Below the pieces are notes generated by a model, which saw only the letters and a program-made list of their open reading frames with translations, did not search any database and was not told the DNA's origin. This document shows positions 18,903 through 28,465 of a stretch of DNA of 64,000 bases, one piece after another. A program made the position numbers and the translations under genes. This DNA comes from Chloroflexota bacterium. Its GTDB lineage: Bacteria; Chloroflexota; UBA11872; VXOZ01. Numbering within the stretch: position 1 is the stretch's first letter; each line of letters begins with the position of its first letter. Where the stretch lies: positions 544,001 to 608,000 of the forward strand of contig CAXXVD010000001.1 of assembly GCA_963662335.2 (NCBI GenBank). Reading direction: 5' to 3'.

Positions 18903-20456
18903 CTACCGCGGCATGGCGGTGTGCGGCAGCACTTCGGCGGTCCCGTCCTTGAAGGCGTCCCGGCCGCCGCACGCCACGCCCACGTGGGGGTGGACGCGCT
19001 GTACCGCAGACACGATGGCGTCGGAGACGTTGCGGATGTCCCACTGTGCGTGGCGGTCGCTGCGAATGCGCGACATCTCCACGATTTCGCGCGCGTTGAG
19101 GTCGGCCAGGATGCGGAGATTGTGCCCGTTGGCCAGCAGGATTTCGGCGCGCCGGCCGGCGCCAAGAGCCTGATAGGCTTCCTCAAGCGCGTCGAGCGCG
19201 CGCCGGTACTCGTCGGCGAAACCGGCGTTGCGCACGAGCGGCGGCAGGGTGCGCCCGTGGACGGGGCTGTGGGCCTGGGAGATGTCGGTCTTCATGCGGT
19301 GGCGGATGAATTGGTGATAGGCCGCTTCCGACATGACCAACTCGAACTGATAGTGCAGGAGTTCGAACTCGCGGAGCAGCGTGTCGTGGGCGTGCAAGCC
19401 CCGGTAGGCGGCGCGGATGATCTGGCCTACCTGATCATCGCCCAGGCGCGCCGCCGCCTGCTGCGCGGCGGTGTGCGTCATGCGGCTGGTGTGAAAGAGC
19501 AGGGCCGCGGCCAGGCGGCGCTCGCCGTCAGGGTCGTAGTGGACGAGGCGCACCGGGTCATCGGCGGCGGGCGGCTGCACAGCCGTGCTCTTGCTATTCT
19601 CTTGCGCTTCTGGATGGATTCCCGCTTTCGCGGGAATGACGGATGAATAGTCGGCTATGACGGATGTATCGGCGGGAATGGCGGAATCATCGGCGGGAGT
19701 GATGCCGAGCGCCGCCGCTGCCTCTTGCACCGCGTCCAGGCCGCTCTGTGGATACGGCAGCGCGCGGATGTACTTCTCCGGAAAGAGCGAGGGCGCGACC
19801 GGCTGGAGTTGGGCAAAGAGTTTCTCGCCGGTTTCGCGAAACTCCGGCAGCGGCGCGGAGAGCAGCCGCGTGACTATCAGGGCGAAGGCGCGGGCGTTCG
19901 TCGTCACCCCCACCTGGGTGGTCTGCGCCAGCGGCAGGACGTAGCGCGCGTCCTCGGTGGCGCGGCGCTCGGCGGAGGCGCGCCTCATGCGCGGGAATTT
20001 CTCCAGCAGATAGGCGGCGCAACCGGCGTAGATGGCGCGGTAGGCGGCGTGGCTTTGGCTCACCGCCTCCTCGAACACGCGCCGCGCCGTGCCGCGCCGG
20101 TAGGCTTTGGGCAAGTAGAACTGGCGGGGCACCTCTTCGAACGGGATGTAGCGCCCGCTGTGCTGGGTGTAGGCCGCCAGCCGGTGCCGTACGATCTCCA
20201 GCGAAAGCAGGCGGGGGATGTCCCAGACGGCGGCGCTGAAACAGCCGTGTTCCGCCACGCTGTTATGGCCGTATTCGTAGACGACCCGCCGGTTGCGCTG
20301 GCGCGCCAGGGCCGTATTGTCGCGGGCTTCCTTGATAAGTTGCGGCACGGGCGTGGGGTCGCGGCTGATGCGTGCCATGCCCGCCGTAATCGCCTCAGGA
20401 TTCTTTGCCGCCCGGCCGACGATCCGTACGCGGGGCGTGTATGACCACTTGACCAC
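18903..20456 (-). CDS. thyX: FAD-dependent thymidylate synthase with two tandem ThyX domains
   Basis: GHNSVAEH, RHRLAAYTQHS (RHRx7S), EDARYVLP; second domain RHRMKT...AQWDIR; start GTG 20456 uncertain. Confidence 0.88.
   Translation of the reverse strand: MVKWSYTPRVRIVGRAAKNPEAITAGMARISRDPTPVPQLIKEARDNTALARQRNRRVVYEYGHNSVAEHGCFSAAVWDIPRLLSLEIVRHRLAAYTQHSGRYIPFEEVPRQFYLPKAYRRGTARRVFEEAVSQSHAAYRAIYAGCAAYLLEKFPRMRRASAERRATEDARYVLPLAQTTQVGVTTNARAFALIVTRLLSAPLPEFRETGEKLFAQLQPVAPSLFPEKYIRALPYPQSGLDAVQEAAAALGITPADDSAIPADTSVIADYSSVIPAKAGIHPEAQENSKSTAVQPPAADDPVRLVHYDPDGERRLAAALLFHTSRMTHTAAQQAAARLGDDQVGQIIRAAYRGLHAHDTLLREFELLHYQFELVMSEAAYHQFIRHRMKTDISQAHSPVHGRTLPPLVRNAGFADEYRRALDALEEAYQALGAGRRAEILLANGHNLRILADLNAREIVEMSRIRSDRHAQWDIRNVSDAIVSAVQRVHPHVGVACGGRDAFKDGTAEVLPHTAMPR
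19615..19705. repeat. Family-A REP half plus 21-nt tandem array, in frame in the thyX inter-domain linker
   Basis: TGGATTCCCGCTTTCGCGGGAATGACGG, then GGGAATGACGG-like units at 19632, 19653, 19674 and 19695. Confidence 0.88.
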
Positions 20457-20555
20457 GGTGAGGTCTCTCGCTCTTTGCGCAATAGTGCCAGCTAACGGAC
20501 ACAAGAAGACCCCGGCGCTGGGATGAAGCAACAATCAGCGCGGGGCCTGAATCTC

Positions 20556-20825
20556 CTACTGCGACTCTTCCTGCTTGCTGACCTGCATGAAGTAGATGTC
20601 GAGTACACTCTCGATCCGGAAGACACGATCACTCAAGCGTTCGATGAGCCCTTCCATGTGAGAAACACGCTCGCCGAGACGAGATAAGCGCTCGCCGAGT
20701 TGGGAAATGCGCTCGCCCAAGCAGTGCTCAACGCCGGAGATGCAAGTCTCGCAAGCGCCAAAGCAACCCGGCAACCGCCACAATAGCCGCGCTAGCAGGC
20801 GCCCAGTCCCGTGATGTTCTTCCTA
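20556..20825 (-). pseudogene. Frameshifted paralog of the small TM/coiled-coil gene at 27987-28196
   Basis: DWAPASAAIVAVAGLLWR in one frame, then ETCIS..LGERVSHMEGLIERLSDRVFRIESVLDIYF in another; no intact start. Confidence 0.72.
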
Positions 20826-20932
20826 ACCTGCTTCCTCTGCGCTGCATTCTACCATGCTAGGCCCATGCGGTCACTGTGCACGCTGCACCTCAATCGCGCG
20901 GAACCCTTCATCCATGTGCAGCTACCAGACCG

Positions 20933-22279
20933 TTACGGAACCGGAGTTGGCGAAGCGGGCGCCGTCTCTGCCGTCGGAGTTGGCGAAGGAGTCGGTGTTT
21001 CGTCCGTCGGAGTTGGAGTGGCAGTCGGTACAGGTGTCGGCGTGGGCACGGGCCACACGACTACTTGGAGTTCTGACGGAGCGATATCTTCAACTTCCAC
21101 CTCGGGCGGCAGACTGACGCTCGGTTGCAGCGCATAAGCGCCCACGCCTACTCCGCTCAAGTCCAAGGAGACCATCACGTTGCCGGCTTGGAGCGTGCGC
21201 AGCACTGGCGCCGGCCCGCTGAGCGTGACCGCAACGGTAGCAGGAGTGATTTCAGCTCTCATTCCTGGCTGCAGATTTTTGTACGTCACAGCGACCTGAG
21301 TCTCAGCGCTCGCCACGATTGGCAAAATCTCTACGAGTACTCCAACCTGAGTGGCACTGGAGATGCCGACCCCAGGCGGTCTTCGTAGATCTGCTATTGT
21401 CGTAAACGTCCGCGTGGCTTCTGCGATGCTGATAGCCTCGGTAGACACAAAGCTCAGATTTTCAAGTTGCTCGGGTGGGCCGAATAGTGTTGCAATGGCG
21501 GGTCTCACAAGGTAGCGCGACACCCAATATCCTGGCGCCGGTTGTCCCACAATATTGATGCGGACGGGCACGTCTTTATAGGTTTCAATTTGCTCAACCG
21601 GCACCGTAACCTGTACCACGGGAGGATCGAGTTGCACGCCGCTCACGTCTTCACCTTGGGCATCACGCGGTATGGCCCGCTGCGTGAGGCTGACCGCACT
21701 CTGCGCGTTATCCACCTCTATCCGCAGCCAAGCCGCATCCACGAGATCCACTTTGGAGGCCGGCCCAATCACCTTCACGATGTCCGGCAGCAGTTCGGCC
21801 GGTTGAAAACCGTAGCCACGGGGTGGAGCGCCGACCAGTTCCACCCGCACCGGTACCTCTTTTTCCTTGCGTTGGTCCAGCGCTATGGTCACCGAATCCG
21901 GTTCAGCGGCAATGATGCGGATGCGGGAATCTGATCTCTCAGTATTGATGGGAAGCTCATGCAGACCGACACCGACCGCATAGAGATCCACCACCACGCG
22001 AAAGTCGTCCGCCTTCAGCGAGTCCCATATATCCCGCGGCGCGGCAATCCGCAAGCGCACCGTGCTGGGTGAGACGCGACTCAGCACTAATCCATCGCCC
22101 AAGCGGCTGGTCTCCACCGGGATATCCGCTTCGAAGAGGCCCTCTCGCTCCGGATTCCGTTCCGCTGTGAACACGACCCACAAGACGACCGATATCCCCA
22201 GAGCAAAGAGAAACCGCACGCCTAGGGTGTGCGTGAAGAAGCGGCCGAGGAGCAGTATGAGCGAACGAATTCTGTTCAT
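20933..22279 (-). CDS. cdaR: CdaR/YbbR-domain diadenylate cyclase regulator with PT-rich tail
   Basis: N-terminal TM helix, repeated YbbR-like modules (KEVPVRVELVGAPPRGY, KDVPVRINIVGQPAPGY); follows cdaA. Confidence 0.88.
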   Translation of the reverse strand: MNRIRSLILLLGRFFTHTLGVRFLFALGISVVLWVVFTAERNPEREGLFEADIPVETSRLGDGLVLSRVSPSTVRLRIAAPRDIWDSLKADDFRVVVDLYAVGVGLHELPINTERSDSRIRIIAAEPDSVTIALDQRKEKEVPVRVELVGAPPRGYGFQPAELLPDIVKVIGPASKVDLVDAAWLRIEVDNAQSAVSLTQRAIPRDAQGEDVSGVQLDPPVVQVTVPVEQIETYKDVPVRINIVGQPAPGYWVSRYLVRPAIATLFGPPEQLENLSFVSTEAISIAEATRTFTTIADLRRPPGVGISSATQVGVLVEILPIVASAETQVAVTYKNLQPGMRAEITPATVAVTLSGPAPVLRTLQAGNVMVSLDLSGVGVGAYALQPSVSLPPEVEVEDIAPSELQVVVWPVPTPTPVPTATPTPTDETPTPSPTPTAETAPASPTPVP

Positions 22280-22286
22280 GTCAGGG

Positions 22287-23156
22287 CTACTTTAACACTC
22301 TACGCTCACTGGAGGAGCGTGAACCGGAGCGAAACGGCAGCCACGGCAGCATGCTGGAGCCCCGCTCCTCGCTGAAGAGGCTATTGAGGTACGTGCGCAG
22401 TTTCTCTTCGTCCAAGTGCCGGAGCAGCGCGCCGCCCCGCGCCACCGAGATGATGCCGCTCTGCTCCGAGATGGCGATGGCGATGGCGTCGGTCATCTCG
22501 CTCACGCCCACGGCGGCCGCGTGGCGGGTGCCTAGGCCCTCACCCGGCGGCACGTTTTCCGAGAGCGGCAGCATGCACGAGGCAGCCACGACCCGCCCGC
22601 CGCGTATGACAACGGCTTTGTCGTGCAGCGCTGAGTTTGGATAGAAGATGGCCAGTAGCAACTCTTCGCTCACTTGACCGTCGATGCGGTGGCCGGTCTC
22701 AACGAGATCCGCCAACCCAGTTTCACGTTCGATCACGATGAGACCGCCCCAGTGATTTGCCGAAAGACGGACGGCCGCACGCGCCACCACGTCCAAGGCG
22801 CGGGAGACGTCTTCACCGATGGGTATATAGCGGGCCAGCGGGTGGGTGCCTTGCCGTCCGACTTGCTCCAAGAAGCGGCGCAGTTCCGGCTGGAAGATGA
22901 TGGGAATGGCGATCACCAGGGCGGAGAGCACGCTGCGCAAGAGCCAATCGAAAACCAGGAGTTGCAGGGTATTGCCAATGATGAAGGCAACCACGAGCAG
23001 CACCGCGATCCCGCGCACCAACTGGTCTGCCAGCGTCCCGCGCACGATCGTGAAGATGATGTGAATGATGGCGGCGACGAGCAGAATGTCGAACGCCGCG
23101 CTGTAGTCCAAGCTGGAAAGCAGCCAGCGGAGGTCTTCTACTATCACAGGTATCAC
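22287..23156 (-). CDS. cdaA: Membrane diadenylate cyclase
   Basis: 3 TM helices, IFQPELRRFLE, LHDKAV (DGA variant), GTRHAAA (RHR variant), SEQSG. Confidence 0.9.
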   Translation of the reverse strand: MIPVIVEDLRWLLSSLDYSAAFDILLVAAIIHIIFTIVRGTLADQLVRGIAVLLVVAFIIGNTLQLLVFDWLLRSVLSALVIAIPIIFQPELRRFLEQVGRQGTHPLARYIPIGEDVSRALDVVARAAVRLSANHWGGLIVIERETGLADLVETGHRIDGQVSEELLLAIFYPNSALHDKAVVIRGGRVVAASCMLPLSENVPPGEGLGTRHAAAVGVSEMTDAIAIAISEQSGIISVARGGALLRHLDEEKLRTYLNSLFSEERGSSMLPWLPFRSGSRSSSERRVLK

Positions 23157-23245
23157 AGGTCACCTCGCTGAGCGCGTGTCTCTCCTACCGCATCCCGGTT
23201 CGCGCCGGCCGGAGGCTGGCTGTGGCGGGGGATAGGAGCTTAGCT

Positions 23246-24190
23246 CTAAGCGGTTCGAGGATCCCCGCCAACTAAGAGCGCCAGCAACACCGCCTTCTGG
23301 GCGTGGAGGCGGTTTTCCGCCTGATCGAACACGACCGACTGGGGTCCGTCCATCACCTCGTCGGTGATCTCCATGTTGCGGTGCGCGGGCAGACAGTGCA
23401 TCACGATTGCGTCCGGCCGCGCGTGGCGCAAGAGGTCCGCGTTCACCTGATAGGGCGGGAAGACGCGCTCGCGCTCAGCGGCCTCCGCCTCCAGTCCCAT
23501 GCTTACCCAGGAATCCGTATAGATAACGTCCGCGTCTTGCACAGCGGCTACCGGATCCGTGAGCGCCTCGAGCCGCGCGCCTGATTCAGCTGCGAGCCCG
23601 CGCGCCCGCTCGATGACGTCGTCCGGCGGTAGATAGCCCGCCGGGCAGCCTACCGCTAGATGGTAGCCGAGCATGCCGGCGGCGAAGAGCAGCGAGTTGG
23701 CCACGTTGTAGCCGTCGCCAACGTAGGCGAGTTTGCGTTGCGCCAAGTCGCCCTTGTGCTCCTGCATGGTGAGAATATCCGCCAAGGCCTGGCAGGGATG
23801 CGCGTAATCCGAGAGACCGTTGATGACGGGAATGCCGGCGTGCGCCGCCAGGGTTTCCAACGTTTCGTGCGCGAATACCCGCGCCATGATGACGTCCACC
23901 CAGCGTTCCAGATTCCGCGCCACGTCCGGCACGGTCTCGCGCACGCCCATCTGCAAGTGCTCCGCGGCGAGGTCCACCACCTGGCCGCCCAACTGCTGCA
24001 TGCCAATGGCAAAGGTGGCGCGGGTGCGCAAAGAGGGTTTTTCGAAGATCATCGCCAGCGTAAAGCCGGACAGCGGGAGATCGTCGGCGCTGCGTTTCGG
24101 CTGCCGCTTCAACACCCCCGCTAAATCGAGTATCCGCTGGATCTCAGACGCGGTGAGGTCGGCGAGCGTAAGGAGGTCTTGACCTTTCAA
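23246..24190 (-). CDS. argF: Ornithine carbamoyltransferase
   Basis: FEKPSLRTR, HPCQALAD, YTDSWVSMG, MHCLPAHR, QAENRLH. Confidence 0.96.
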   Translation of the reverse strand: MKGQDLLTLADLTASEIQRILDLAGVLKRQPKRSADDLPLSGFTLAMIFEKPSLRTRATFAIGMQQLGGQVVDLAAEHLQMGVRETVPDVARNLERWVDVIMARVFAHETLETLAAHAGIPVINGLSDYAHPCQALADILTMQEHKGDLAQRKLAYVGDGYNVANSLLFAAGMLGYHLAVGCPAGYLPPDDVIERARGLAAESGARLEALTDPVAAVQDADVIYTDSWVSMGLEAEAAERERVFPPYQVNADLLRHARPDAIVMHCLPAHRNMEITDEVMDGPQSVVFDQAENRLHAQKAVLLALLVGGDPRTA

Positions 24191-24604
24191 GTCCGGCCGC
24201 TTCTTTCATCATAGAGACGGGAAATCGACAGTGAAGATAGGGTCATTGTAGCAGTTGCAGCCTACTGACACAATTGAGATAGGCCATCCTGGCAAGGAGC
24301 GTGGCGCTCTCAGCGGCAATGTTGGAGACACGCCCATACGCCGCCTTCAGCGCCGGCCGCAGCGCTAGTCATAACCGCCGCCCTCGTCCTACCGTCTGTG
24401 CTACCATTAGCCATGAGTCTTTTGTAAGACTAGTCCCGCACTTCGTTACTCGAGTAGCCCCTTCACTTCAATGTGACACCGTAGTGGTCAAGTCCCCGCG
24501 TTACGACGCGCAAACGAGGAGCGGACGCGCGGCGGCAAGAGAACAGCGACCGTGTCCGGGCGCTGATACACGAGAATACGTAACTCGGGGAGGCTGCACA
24601 CGCT

Positions 24605-25591
24605 ATGAAAACCCAGGCGCTTGTATTTCCAGAAAGAGACCGCTGCGTTACCGAGGCCGCGACCCTGCCCGACGCGCCCGGCCCCGGCGAAGTCCTGGTG
24701 CGCAACCGGCTCTCGCTGATCAGCGCGGGCACGGAACTTGCCATGTTCACGCAAACGCACCGGGGCTTTGCCGAACCGGACTTCGGCTATGCCTCGTATC
24801 CGTTCCGGCCGGGCTACGCGGCGGTGGGCGAAGCGCTGGCGGTGGGCGACGGCGTGAGCGACGTGACGCCGGGCACTCGGGTGTTCAACCGCAAACGCCA
24901 CGCCTCCCACACGCTCGCCAACCGTGACGACCTGCTGCCGGTGCCGGAAGGCGTTCCCGACGCCCACGCGCCGTTCTACGCCATGTTGCAAATCGCCATG
25001 TCGGCGCCGCGCCAGGCGCCGGTCACCTTTGGCGAGAACGCGCTGGTGCTCGGCATGGGTCTGGTGGGCAATCTCTGCGCGCAGCTATGCCGCCTGGCGG
25101 GCGCGGGACAGGTGGCGGCGGCGGACCTGGCCGCGCCGCGGCTGGCGCAGGCGCGGGCGTGCGGCGTAGACGTGGCGTTCGACTTGAGCGAAAAGCCGCT
25201 GGCCGAGTGGCTGCCGGAACTCGGGCCGCGTGGCGCGAATTACGTCGTGGAAGCGGTGGGCAGCGGACCGACCATCGATCTGGCGCTGAAAGCCGCCGCC
25301 CGCCACGGCCGCGTGGTGCTGCTGGGCAGCCCGCGCGACAAGCTGGAACTCGATCCCTATTTTGACGTGCACCGCACGGGCCTGCGCGTGATTGGCGCGC
25401 ACGCGAGCACCGTGGATGACGCTACCCGCGAACGGGATATCCCCTTCCTCTGGTCGCTGCTGGCGAGCGGCCGCATTAACGTGGAGCCGCTCATCACCCA
25501 CGTGCTGCCGTATACCGAGGCGCAGACTGCCTACGAGGGCCTGCGGGACCGCAAGGATGAGTACCTGGGCGTGCTCTTGGAATATCCGTAG
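24605..25591 (+). CDS. Medium-chain (zinc-binding-family) alcohol dehydrogenase-like oxidoreductase
   Basis: SLISAGTE, YPFRPGY, LGMGLVG, EAVGSG. Confidence 0.85.
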   Translation: MKTQALVFPERDRCVTEAATLPDAPGPGEVLVRNRLSLISAGTELAMFTQTHRGFAEPDFGYASYPFRPGYAAVGEALAVGDGVSDVTPGTRVFNRKRHASHTLANRDDLLPVPEGVPDAHAPFYAMLQIAMSAPRQAPVTFGENALVLGMGLVGNLCAQLCRLAGAGQVAAADLAAPRLAQARACGVDVAFDLSEKPLAEWLPELGPRGANYVVEAVGSGPTIDLALKAAARHGRVVLLGSPRDKLELDPYFDVHRTGLRVIGAHASTVDDATRERDIPFLWSLLASGRINVEPLITHVLPYTEAQTAYEGLRDRKDEYLGVLLEYP

Positions 25592-25625
25592 CGGCGCGAA
25601 TTCAGTCGTCGCGTCTGCGGGCGGA

Positions 25626-25803
25626 CGCAGGTTGCAAACCTGCGCTACCGGAATGCGCCTGCCTGGGATTGGCGGTATGGCGGTATGGGCACGACATGTC
25701 GTGCCCATACCCTGGCCGGTAGCGATAGGCGTCGGCACGACACGTCTTGCCCCTACTGCAACCATCACCGGCTCTCTCTGGTAGCGCAGGTTTGCAACCT
25801 GCG
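25626..25803. repeat. REP mosaic between convergent genes: D (25626-25648), G (25682-25711, 25731-25756) and D (25781-25803)
   Basis: Perfect 30-bp palindrome GGTATGGGCACGACATGTCGTGCCCATACC flanked by inverted family-D copies. Confidence 0.82.
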
Positions 25804-25824
25804 CCTCCGCGCCGGGCCGGGCGG

Positions 25825-26988
25825 TTAATTCACCCGACGCCCCTTGCTATCGAAGACGTGCTGGCGGTGGGCGGGGATCTCCATGTAGAGCAGCGTTTCC
25901 GGCTCGTGGTGTTCGGTTTGCGGGCGTTGGACGCGGTACGAATGACGGCCCACCCGCACCGTCAGCAGCACGGCGCGGTCGCTCAGCAGCGGCTCCACGA
26001 TTTCCACCTTGGCCGGAATCGTGTCCTCCTCGTTCTCGGAGCGCAGCGCCACGTCGGTGGGGCGGATGCCGATGGTCACCCGTTCGGCCTGGTACTGCTG
26101 GAGCACGATTGGCGGCGGCGCGACCTTGCGATCGTGCACGTCCACGTACTCCCGGTGCACCACGCCGGGCAGCAGGTTCATGGCCGGCAGCGTAATGAAA
26201 TCGGCCACCATCAGGTTGAGCGGCCGCTCGATAAGCTGTTGGCGGGTATCCACTTGCAGGATCTTGCCGTCGTGCATCACCGCGATGCGCTCGCCCATGG
26301 TGAAGGCCTCGGACTGGTCGTGGGTCACGTAGACCGAGGTAATGCCGAAACGCTGCACCAGGCGCTTGATCTCCACGCGGGTGCGGGCGCGCACCTTGGC
26401 GTCCAGGTTCGAGAGCGGCTCGTCGAAGAGAAACGTGCGCGGATCGCGAATGATGGCGCGGGCGATCGCCACGCGCTGCTGCTGGCCGCCGGAGAGTTTC
26501 GGCGGCTTCTGGCTCAGCAGCGTTTCGAATCCCAGCCCCATGACCCGCGCCGTGATGCGCACGCGATCGGGAATCTCGTGCTTGCGCTGGTGCATCTGGA
26601 AGAAGAAGCCAAGATTGTCCTGCGAGGGCCAGTGGGGATAGAGGGCGTAATCCTGGAAGACCATCGCCACGTTGCGGTCCTGGGGGCTGACGGTGGTCAC
26701 GTCTTCGCCGTCGAAGAGCACCTTGCCGCTATCCAGGGTCTCAAGGCCGGCCAGGATGCGCAGCAGGGTCGTCTTGCCGCAGCCGGAGGGCCCCAGCACG
26801 CTCAACGACTCGCCGTCGTCGATCTGAAGATCTATGCCGTTGAGAGCGTAGATCAGGTCTTCTTCCGTAGCGGCCACCACCGCGTCGGCGGCTTCGCCGC
26901 CTCGGAACCGCCCAACCAGGCCCTTCCAGGAAAAGGGGCTTGGCCGCTTGTAGGTCTTGATCGCGCCCTCTAGCGTGAGGCTGGCCAT
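25825..26988 (-). CDS. MalK/MsmX-type sugar ABC transporter ATP-binding protein
   Basis: [43 protein letters not shown]-terminal TOBE-like region. Confidence 0.93.
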   Translation of the reverse strand: MASLTLEGAIKTYKRPSPFSWKGLVGRFRGGEAADAVVAATEEDLIYALNGIDLQIDDGESLSVLGPSGCGKTTLLRILAGLETLDSGKVLFDGEDVTTVSPQDRNVAMVFQDYALYPHWPSQDNLGFFFQMHQRKHEIPDRVRITARVMGLGFETLLSQKPPKLSGGQQQRVAIARAIIRDPRTFLFDEPLSNLDAKVRARTRVEIKRLVQRFGITSVYVTHDQSEAFTMGERIAVMHDGKILQVDTRQQLIERPLNLMVADFITLPAMNLLPGVVHREYVDVHDRKVAPPPIVLQQYQAERVTIGIRPTDVALRSENEEDTIPAKVEIVEPLLSDRAVLLTVRVGRHSYRVQRPQTEHHEPETLLYMEIPAHRQHVFDSKGRRVN

Positions 26989-26998
26989 CGCATCCTTC

Positions 26999-27781
26999 TC
27001 ACGTCTCGCTCTGCGCCGCATCGTCAGCGCCGCGCTTGGCCTCGTACCGCTCCAGGAGTTCGTCCAGCAACATTATGTGCGCGTGGGCAATGAGCGAGCC
27101 GGCCACCGTCGGATAGGCGAGCACGAAGAGCGGACGAATTGGCGAAAACAACAGAAAGGGAATAATGAGAACGATCACGTGCACGCCAAACATGCACACG
27201 GTTACGCCCAGGTTATCCAAGGCCAACAGCACCGCGTTGCGAAACGTCTGCGGCACGGAGGTGTCGAGCCGGATCATCACCGAGAACACGTACGGCTGAA
27301 TTGCCACCCAGAACACGATGCCCCAGAGGAAGAGAATGCTGAGCAGCGGCAAGAACGGGTGAATCTCAGAGGTGAGATAGAACCAGGTATTGAGGGCGAG
27401 GGCCGCCAGGAGCAGAAAGTTTACCGCCCCAATGAGGTAGCCCTTGATGAAGTGCGCGCGCAAGCTCCGGACATACGACTTCATGTCCACGGCTTCGCCT
27501 TCCAGCGACCTGGCGGCGTAGTCGTAGATGGCGGCGGTGGCGGGCCCCGCCAGCGCCAGGCACACCAGCGATACGGCGACAACGGTGATGCCAATGAGGA
27601 TCGGTGGCGTGTCCTGGGTCTCCTCGCCGTTGCCCGGCAGCAGCGACGGCAGGTAGACCATGATCGAGAAGACGAAGGGCAAGCAGAGCAGCGACCAGAG
27701 GATGTTGCCCCGGATGATGGTGAAGAACTCATAGTAGTGCATGACCAGCGCCCGGCGCCAGACAGTGTATACGAGCATCAC
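26999..27781 (-). CDS. YesL/DUF624-like integral membrane protein
   Basis: NILWSLLCLP, GPATAAI, FRNAVLLAL; several TM helices; adjacent to MalK-like ATPase. Confidence 0.72.
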   Translation of the reverse strand: MMLVYTVWRRALVMHYYEFFTIIRGNILWSLLCLPFVFSIMVYLPSLLPGNGEETQDTPPILIGITVVAVSLVCLALAGPATAAIYDYAARSLEGEAVDMKSYVRSLRAHFIKGYLIGAVNFLLLAALALNTWFYLTSEIHPFLPLLSILFLWGIVFWVAIQPYVFSVMIRLDTSVPQTFRNAVLLALDNLGVTVCMFGVHVIVLIIPFLLFSPIRPLFVLAYPTVAGSLIAHAHIMLLDELLERYEAKRGADDAAQSET

Positions 27782-27986
27782 CGCGTTATGTAGTCCTTTG
27801 TGCTAGGTCAATCCGTTGCGTAGGCGAGGCGATTGGCGCGCTTAGGCACAGCGTGAAGCGCAATAAAGCGAACTTAACGGCGGGTCTAACTACCCGTACT
27901 CCAGCGCTAAGAGCGCACTGACCCGCGAAACACTCCACCATGAACCGCTTGCGCCGCTTAGTTCGGCGTGAGACTTCAAGACCGCC

Positions 27987-28196
27987 TCACGTCTCGTCCC
28001 GCTTGCCGGCCTGTATGAAGTAGCTGTCCAACACCGTTTCAATGCGAGACACCCGGTCGTTCAGGCCTTCGATAAGGCCCTCGAGGCGGGATACGCGTTC
28101 GCCAAGATGCGAGATGCGAGTCTCGAAACGCCAAATCAGGCCGGCAAACGCCACAACGACCACGATGGTGGTTGCCCAATCGCTCAGGTTTTCCAT
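27987..28196 (-). CDS. Small protein, 69 aa, with N-terminal TM helix and heptad coiled coil
   Basis: RBS GAAGGGG; heptads RISHLGE RVSRLEG ... RVSRIET; degenerate paralog at 20556. Confidence 0.75.
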   Translation of the reverse strand: MENLSDWATTIVVVVAFAGLIWRFETRISHLGERVSRLEGLIEGLNDRVSRIETVLDSYFIQAGKRDET

Positions 28197-28390
28197 CAGC
28201 TGCCCCTTCCGTTCTCACCTTTCTCACATATCGAATATAGCATGAAACCCCAAAGACCGCTATTGCTCGGCAACACGCTTGGCCATGTCAAGCTGCGCCT
28301 GCGGGCGGCCCTCTGGCAGGCTGGACTGCCGCCCAATGTACGCGCCGCGCGCAATCGCATACGCAGGCAGCGAGAGGCAACATTCATACT

Positions 28391-28424
28391 GCGGTAGGGG
28401 CACGCCATGGCGTGCCCCTACCGC
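28391..28424. repeat. GTAG-type REP family G, perfect 34-bp palindrome
   Basis: GCGGTAGGGGCACGCCATGGCGTGCCCCTACCGC. Confidence 0.85.
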
Positions 28425-28465
28425 GACGGCGCGCGCCAACACGCCAATCTCCGTCGCTGCGACCG

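Noticed and set aside
20933-21055. PTPT repeats at the CdaR C-terminus as a repeat element
   Set aside because: Ordinary Pro/Thr linker coding sequence.
27782-27986. Possible ncRNA in the gap upstream of the YesL-like gene
   Set aside because: No recognisable tRNA, SRP, tmRNA, 6S or riboswitch signature.
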